DNA from: Micrococcales bacterium | Lineage (GTDB): Bacteria > Actinomycetota > Actinomycetes > Actinomycetales > Microbacteriaceae | Assembly: GCA_046073845.1 (NCBI GenBank) | Contig: JBJTNB010000136.1 | Span: 1 to 51,207 of the forward strand | Direction: 5' to 3' | DNA length: 51,207 nt | Shown here: piece by piece, positions 40,101-49,100 of the stretch | Position numbering within the stretch: position 1 is the first letter of the stretch | Layout of the letters: every line of letters starts with the position of its first letter | The notes under the pieces: generated by a model | Database searches by the model: none | Told to the model about the DNA's origin: nothing | What the model saw: the letters and a program-made list of their open reading frames with translations, nothing else | Position numbers and translations under genes: made by a program

Positions 40101-43100
40101 GCAACCCTGGTTGCCGGCTCGGCATCTCAGCTGAACCTGGCCACCGCAGCCGCCGGGGCAGTCGATGGCGTGGCATTCACCACCCAGCCATCGGTGCAGT
40201 TGCTCGATGCCGACGGCAACCTAACCACTTCTACCGCGACCGTGGCCGTTTCGGTCAGTACCGGCGCGGCCTCTGGCTCGGCGACCCTCGCCACCACCAC
40301 CTCGTTGGCGGCCACCGCGGGTACCGTAACCTTCTCGGGTCTGAAGCTCACCGGAACCCTCGACACCTACACACTCACCTATGCATCTAGTGGTCTGACG
40401 TCGCTGACTCAGACCATCCAGGTCACAATCGGTGCTGCGTCGAAGCTGGCCCTGACCACTCAGGTGCTCGGATTCGTCAACCGCGCGAACTTCACGACCC
40501 AGCCGGTTGTCACAGTTCAAGATGTTGGCGGTAACACTGTCACCGCTTCGACTGCGCCGATTGCCGTGTCGATCGATTCGGGTACCTTGACCGGAACCAC
40601 TACGGTAAATGCATCGGCCGGTATTGCAGACTGGTCGACCGCGGCAACCGCGCTTGGCAAGACCGGTGTGATCGGTTCGAAGACTCTGACTTTCTCTTCG
40701 AGCGGTTTGACTTCAGTTACTCAGGGCTTCACTTTGGTAAACGGTGCGGCAACTCAGCTTCAAGTTACTCAGAGTGCAACTCCATCTGGTGGTTTGTACT
40801 ACCCGGCTGGGCCGGCCACAAATGTTACAAAGACCACAGTCACTAACGGTGGTTGGACTCTCTGCTACCAAGACACTTACGCCAACTACTCGGCACCTTC
40901 GCTCACTTCGGTATTTGCGAACTGTACGGGCACATACATGATGTACGCGTCTGGCTTGGTTGCGTCGAGCAACTTCGATGTAGTCGGTGCTGCGCCACGC
41001 ACTTCTGTAATGCGCAACCTCGATGCAGACACAACGTTCACAAACAAGACCACCGCGAATGGCATCGACTGGTACTACTACACCAACCGATCGATTGGTT
41101 TTGCGAAGCAAGGCGACGCCTTCACTTTGAATTGGCCTGATGTCAACGGTACCGGTGCAGCAACCAAGCTAAGTTGGGGAACCATTGGCGGAACACTCGC
41201 AACCGGTTACCGTTCGGGAACCTACACGGGTTACGACGCAACCTACGGTCGCTACATCTATACGTCGAACACTGCACCGGCGGGTTCTGGCACTGTGACT
41301 AACGGCGTCGCCTTTACCTCGCAACCAAAGGTCACACTCAAGGATGCCGACGGCAACGTGGTCACAACCGGAACAGATGCAACCGCAAATGTGACTGCCT
41401 CTATGACCTCGGGCCTTAGCGGCACGGTCACAGTGGCCGCCGTCGCGGGTGTCGCCAGCTTCACCGACCTGACCTACACGGGCTCGGTTGGCGCTAAAAC
41501 ATTGACCTTCACGCTAGCCAGCACCTCGACCACCACGACCGACACGTTCACAGTGGCTGCGGGAGCGGCATCCAAGTTGGTCGTAACGCAGCAGGCCGCC
41601 GGTGCCGTAAATGGAGTGAACTTCACGACCCAGCCGATCGTTACCGTTCAGGATCAGTCAGGCAACACCATTACCGACTCGACAGCTTCGATCACTGCCA
41701 CTGTTAGCGGGGCGACACTAGGTGGCACCGCAACCGTGGCCGCGGTTTCAGGTGTTGCGACGTTTGCCGGGCTGAAGCTCACCGGCACGGTTGGCAGTTA
41801 CACCATCAACTTTGCATCGACTGGCTTGACCGGCGACAGCCAAACCATTTCGGTGACATTCGGCAGCGCCTCGAAGGTTGTCGTAACCACAGCAGTTGTT
41901 GGTTACGTGAACCGCACCAACTTCACCACTCAACCAGTTGCCAAGATCGAGGACGCCTCGGGCAACGTGGTGACTTCATCGAACGCGACCATCACCGTTT
42001 CGATCAACTCTGGAACCCTAACCGGAACCACATCGTTGACTTCAGTTGCCGGTGTTGCCGACTGGACTACCGCGGCTACTGCTCTCGGTAAGTACGGCCT
42101 GGTCGGCTCGAAGACACTGACCTTTGCATCGACAGGTTTGACCAGCGACACCAGCCAGGTCTTCGATTTGACTCATGGTGCCGCTTACCAGCTTTCTAAT
42201 GGCACCAAGGTTTCAGCCGGTACCGCGGTTAACAACGCAAACTTCTCAGTGCAGCCGATCGTGACCATTCAAGACCGTGATGGCAACACAGTTACCAGTG
42301 GCGGCGAGTCGACCCAGAATGTATCGCTTACCGTAAACAATGGTTCAATCTCTGGCACGACATCGGTCGCTGCAGTTGCTGGTGTTGCGACATTCAGCGG
42401 ACTGAAGTACGTAGGTCTGATCGGTTCGAAGACCTTCACCTATGCGATCACTTCGCCGAGCGCGATTAGCACACCTGACACCGTGACCATCACTTACGGT
42501 GCTGCCGATCACTTGGCGGTGACCACGCCTGCCGCCGGTGCAGTCAACGGCGTTGCATTCTCTACTCAGCCAGTGGTCACGGTTCTCGACATCTCGGGCA
42601 ACGCCGTTGCCAACTCGACCGTTTCGATTACCGCTTCGGCCTCGGGCGCGACCTTCGGTGGTACCAAGACCATGAACGCGGTTGCCGGGGTGGCCAACTT
42701 CAGTGGCAAGGGCCTGAGCTTGACCGGCGCAGTTGGCAGCTACACGCTGACTTTTGCCTCAACCGACCTAACCAGCGCCAGCCAGAGCATCTCGGTTGCT
42801 GTGGGTGCAGCAACCCAGGTGGTACTGACCGCGAGCTCGACCATAGCCAACGACCAGGCCCTGACCGTGCAGCCGGTAGCAACCATCAAGGATGCCTCTG
42901 GCAACGTCGTGACCACCTCAAATGTGACCGTGCAACTCACCGCCACCGGGGCCACACTGAGTGGAACCACCACGATGTCGGCATCGAGTGGTGTTGCCGA
43001 CTTCGCGGGTATGGGCGTGACTCTGACCGGAACCGTTGGCGCCAAGACTTTGACAGCGAGAATAACGTCGCCGTCAGTAATCAGCGGATCGACCACCGTG

Positions 43101-46100
43101 ACCCTGACATTCGGAACCGCGACCAAGCTTGCAATTTCTAGTGCGAGTGTGAACGCGGTGAACCGAGTCAACTTCTCGCCGCAGCCGACCGTCACCGTTC
43201 AAGATGTATCGGGTAACACTGTTTCCGACTCAACCGATTACATCGGTGCACGATTGGCATCGCCAAACAACTGGGGCAATGCAAACCTCAATGGCATTAA
43301 CACCGGCAACGCGGTTAATGGTGTGCTTGCATTCACCGACTTGAACCTGAACGGCTTGGCAGATACCTACACTGTTCAGTTCACCTCGGGCAACCTAACC
43401 CCGGTAGATCTAACCGTGAACTTGGTTGCCGGTGCAGTTGATCACCTTGGCCTCGTAGTGTCAGCGAATGCGCGCAGCGCCGAAGTAATCGCAAGTCAGC
43501 CAGTTGTCACTCTTTACGATGCCGACAACAACGTAACTTCTTCAACCGCACTGGTGACTATCTCGGCAGCCGACTCGACCATCACTGGAACGACTCAGAT
43601 GAATGCGGTTGCTGGCGTTGCCGACTTCACTGGCAACGGAATCACGCTGACCGGTTTGGTCGGCGACAAGGCCATGACCGCATCGGTGACCATCAGCGGA
43701 ACTACGATCACGTCGCCAGCGCAGAACATTTCGCTGGCATACGGTGTGGCAACTCAGATCCAGTTGACTCGTGCAGCTGCCGGTTTCCGCGACCGATTCT
43801 TGTTCACTACTCAGCCGATGCTAGAAACTCAGGACTCAGCCGGAAACCGTGTGTTCGACAACACGGCAGCGATTCACGTCACCGTGAGCGGTGCCGGCAT
43901 CCTTGGTGGCCTTGTCGACACCTACTCGGCTGGCGGATACAACGACTGGTCGGGCGTCGGCCCAGCGCAACAGTTGAGCCTTCGTGGCCCAGTCGGCGAC
44001 TACACCATTACCTACTCATCACCTGGGCTCACCTCGGCTACGCAGCTGGCGACCCTAACCTTCGGTAACGCCAACAAGCTGCTACTGCACACACCAGCCG
44101 CTGGCTTCCAGGCGGGTATTGAGTTTGCAACCCAGCCGGTGCTTTACATCGTGGATGCCGAAGACAACCTAGTCACCACCGATGGCGAGTCGATTCTGCA
44201 CGTGGCCGCAACTTCGGCAGATGGCACCCTAAGCGGAACCACTGTGGTTCAGGCATCTGGCGGTATTGCTACATTCACCAACCTGAAGCTTTCGAACACC
44301 GCGGGCAGCTACAACTTGACCTACTCGGTAAGTGCCGCTGGCATCGAAGCGGGTTACGACGCACTGACCGTCTCGCAGACCGCAGTTCTAACTGCCGGAA
44401 CCCCGGTCAAGTTGTCGCTTTTCCAACAGCTCTCTAGTGGCGCTGCTACCGGATCGGCGTTCTCGACCCAGCCGAAGATTGCCGTGCTCGACGCGTTCGA
44501 CAACATCGTGCTCACCGACACCGGTCGCACAATCACTGCTTCTTACTCGGGTGCAAACGGCGGAACACTCAGCGGATCGCCGAACCTGACCGCAACAACT
44601 TCATCGGGTATCGCGACTTTCAGCGGTCTAAAGTTCGTCGGTATTCCTGGCACCACCTACGCACTGCACTTTGCAGTCGCCAGCAACACCTTGACCGCGA
44701 TTGACTCGAACAACTTCACGGTGACTCACGCCGCTGCCTCGCAGATTGTAATTACCCAGCAGCCGGTTGGTGGCAATGCTGTTCGAAGCGCACTAACCAC
44801 TCAGCCTGTAGTTGAAATTCGTGACAGCTACGGCAACTTGGTCACCACAGGCGCAGACTCTGCAGCCACAGTGACGATCAACATTCACAATGACTTCAAC
44901 GCTGGCCGCGGTGATCTCTCGTCGGGCACCATGGCCGTCGATGCCGTCGGCGGTGTGGCAACCTTCAGCGGTGTTGTGCTCAGCGACGCAGCAGTAAACC
45001 ACAACTACAACTTTGACTTCAGCGCGACCCTGAATGGCTCGAGCGTCACCTCGGAAGCGTCAAACAACATCCAGGTAGTGCACGCTGCTGCCGACCACAT
45101 TGCGTTGGTTACTCAAGCTGCTGGTGGCCGTGCAGGCGTTGCGTTCACCACTCAGCCTGTGGTTCAGATTCAAGACGTTGAGAACAACGTGGTCACCGAT
45201 GGCCCTTACTCGAACGCCGATGTAGTTGTGGCCGTTCCGCACACTGGCACACTCACCGGAACCACCACAGTGACAGCTATCAATGGTGTTGCCACATTCT
45301 CTGCCGTCGGCATGTATGGCCCGACCGGTGCCTATACCTTGGTCTACCAAAGCAATACCTTCCAGCCGCTGACCCAGAACTTCACTCTTGGCTATGGCCT
45401 TCCTGACCACCTAGGCATTAGCACTCAGCCGATCGGCGGCAACGCGACAGGTACGGCACTGGCCACCCAACCGGTGATTCAGGTTTACGACGCCTGGGAC
45501 AACCCGGTTGCGAACGCAACCAATTCGATCACCGCCACGATTGCCTCTGGCGACGGAAATGCCACGATCTCGGCTGGCGGCACCAAGGCTGCCGTAGGTG
45601 GAGTCGCGACCTTCACTAACCTCGCATTGATTGCAACACCTGGTGCGAACTACACGATCAGTTTCGACGCAACCGGGCTCACCGGAGTCACTTCGACTGC
45701 AATCAGTGTGACCCACGCACCTGCAACGCAGTTGCACATCATTACTCAACCGCTCGGTGGCAACATGACTGGCGAGACCTTGGCTCGCCAACCAGTCCTT
45801 GAACTGCTTGACCAGTACGGCAACCGTGTTACCAGCGACAGCACAAGCGGTGTGACCGCTTCAATCGCAACCGGAACCGGTGGCACGTTGCAAAATGTCG
45901 TTGCAACAGCCGTGAATGGTGTGCTCACATTTAGCAACCTGAAGCTTGTTGGTGTGCCTGGCACTTCTTACACGTTCAACTTCACCCTCGGTGGGCTACC
46001 GGTTGTCGCCTCGAGCACAGTCTCTGTTACCAACAACATTGCAACGCAGATTGTGATTTCTCGCAACGCTGCTGGGGCACGTGCCGGCCTGGCATTCACG

Positions 46101-49100
46101 ACGCAACCGCAAATCACCATCCAGGATGCCTACGGCAACACCACAACTGTTGGTGACGGTGCCGGTGCGAATGTGACTGCAACGGTTTCGGCAGGCGGGG
46201 TAATTCTTGGTCAGGCCACAGTGGCAGCGTCACAAGGTGTAGCAACATTTACCGACCTTGGTATTGGTGGGGCAGTGGGCAACTATACGATTACCTACAC
46301 GGTGACTTCACCTGCTGCGATGACCGCGAATGAATCGGTTGCGGTTACCTATGGTCTTGCCACTCACCTCGGCCTTTCGACTCAGCCGGTTGCAGCCAAG
46401 ACCGGCGATAACCTGCCGACCCAACCAGTGGTTCAGGTGCTTGATGCCTACAACAACGTGGTTGCTAACTCGGCCGTGAATGTCACCGCGACAATCAGCG
46501 CCCCTGGCGCCGGCGATTCGCTCACCGGGGCTGTAGCTCAGGCAAATAGCGGTGTCGCGACCTTCACAGCCTTGAACATCGTGACCCTGCCTGGCACAAA
46601 GTCACTTACGTTCGTGGCCAATGGCCTCGCTTCGATTCAGTCGAACGACCTGACCTTCGCCCACGCAGATTCGAGCCAGCTTTCGATCAGCACTCAGCCA
46701 GTCGGGGGCAATGCAACTGGCACTGGTTTGACCACGCAGCCAGTTGTTCGAATTCTTGACCGCTATGGCAACTTGGCTACAGCTTCAACTGCGGCTGTAA
46801 CTATTTCGATTGCGAGCGGGTCAAACGGTTCGCTTGCAAGTGGCACCACGACTGTAAACGCTGTTGGTGGCGTTGCAACATTCTCAGGTGTGAAACTCGT
46901 GGGTACGCCGCACGCAGATTACACATTTACCTTCGCATCGACTGGCCTAAGTTCTGCAACCTCGAACGCCATCCAAGTTGTTCACAACGCGGCAGCCGCG
47001 CTCACAATCGAAACGCAGCCAGCTGCAGGCGCAACTGCATTGGTAATGCCAACTCAGCCAGTGATTGCTGTTCGCGATTCATACGGCAACCTCATGGATG
47101 ACGACAATAGCATTGCGGTCACCGTGGCGATTTCGAGTGGCACCGGCGGCACGCTAACCGGAACCACCACCGTCACCGAAGTCAATGGCATCGTAACCTT
47201 CACCAACCTTGCCCTCACCGGTACACCTGGTGTCGATTACAAGTTGACCTTCACCGCAGACTCGTTGACTTCTACCACGAGTTCGAACATCCGTGTTGTT
47301 GCTGGTGCGGCAACTCACTTGGGCATGGTCACACAGCCGGTCGGCGCAGTTACTGGCAAGGTGCTCGGCACTCAGCCAGCAATTGCGCTGCTCGACTACT
47401 TCGGCAACGTTGTGCTGTCTGATTCGTCAACCGTGGTTTCGGTGTCGATCGCGACCGGCAGCGCAGGCACGTTGGCTGGCCCTCAAACCGCGACCGCGGT
47501 CAATGGTGTGGCAACCTTTGCGGGTCTCAAGCTCACCGGCACCCCGATGGCCGACTACACCTTGAGCTTCACCAGCGGTTCGCTTGCCGCTACAACCTCG
47601 GCAGCCTTGCACGTGACTCACGACGCTACAGCCCAGTTGGTATGGGCTACTCAGCCGGTCGGCTCGGCCACCGGCTATGACCTACCGACCCAGCCGGTGC
47701 TTCGTTTGCTCGACCAGTACGGCAACTTGGCCACCGCCGACAACAGCACGGTCGTAACCGCGACCGTGGCTTCGGGAGTCAACGGTTCGCTATCACAGGC
47801 GACAGCAACCGCTAATGGCGGAGTCGTGACGTTCCAGTGGTTGAACCTGGTCGGCACCCCGGGCGTTTCATACACGCTCGGTATGTCTGCAGTAACTTCG
47901 ACTAGCACTACGATTTTGGCTCAGAACTCAGATGCCATTACGTTGACTCACGCGGCACCGTATCGTCTCGTGGTCGTTTCGCAGCCAGTTGGCGCAATCA
48001 GCGGCGACACTCTCGGCTCGACCTCGCGACCTGTGCTACAGGTTCGCGACCGATTCGGTAACCTCGCAACGAGCGACAACGCAACCTCGGTCACCGTTGC
48101 AGTTTGTGCACCAGCAACTTGCGCAGGATCAAGCGCTGGCGGTTCGGTCGCAGGAACCACCACGGTCACCGCGGTAAACGGAATCGTCACATTCGACGCC
48201 ATCCAAGTTTCTGGTGTTCCTGGTTCGCCGTATCAGTTGCGATTTACTTCGTCAGGATTAATCAACGCAACAGCAGCGGCCCTGCGATTGAGCAAGGTTG
48301 CAGATATTGCGGTGGACTACCCTGTCACCTCGTGGGCTAATGGTCAGCTAGTAACTCCGATTACCACGACCGATAGCCCTGGTGTTGTCAGCTACGCAAC
48401 CGTCGGCGACATGAGTGCAATCTGTAGCGTGAACGCTGCCACCGGTGTTGCCACCGTGATTGGTGTTGGTGTTTGTGACATTCGTGCGAGCGTTGCCGGT
48501 ACTACTTATTACGTCACCAACACGGTTGACACCACCTTGCAGATTGACAAGGCGATTCAGCCAACCCTGCGAATCACCAGCCCAATCACGACCTCGTACC
48601 TGCAGCCAATTACTTTGACGGTAAGCGGTGGTGCGCCAACCAGCACCGAGCCATCGGCCCTGACCTTCTGGGTCTCGGGTGCCTGCCAGCTAGTCGGAAC
48701 CACACTGGTTCCGGGTGACGCCGGCACGACCTGTCGCGTCATGGCCTTGCGCGATGAGACCACCCACTACCAGGCGGCCGTGAGTTCGACAGTCTCGATT
48801 ACGACGACCAAGATCGCTCAGGCGGCGCTCAGCCTGGTCAACCCATCAACCATGCAAGTTGGCACACTCGACCTAGTTAGCGTTGGTGGCTCAGGAACAG
48901 GCGCTGTCACCTACTCGGTTGTCTCTGCCGGAACCGCCGCCTGTACAGTAACTGGTGCTCGTTTGACTGCCACCACTTCGGGTAGCTGTTCGGTCAAGGT
49001 CTCGAAGGCTGCCTCTACCAACTACACCGCAGCCACGTCGGCCACCATGACTATCACCGTAAACAAGTTGGCACAGATCGTGAACTTCACGTCGGCGATT

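Noticed and set aside
36640-48295. Diversity-generating retroelement or invertible cassette acting on the repeats
   Set aside because: No reverse transcriptase or recombinase is in the window, no near-identical template/variable pair differing only at adenines was seen, and repeat divergence is general.
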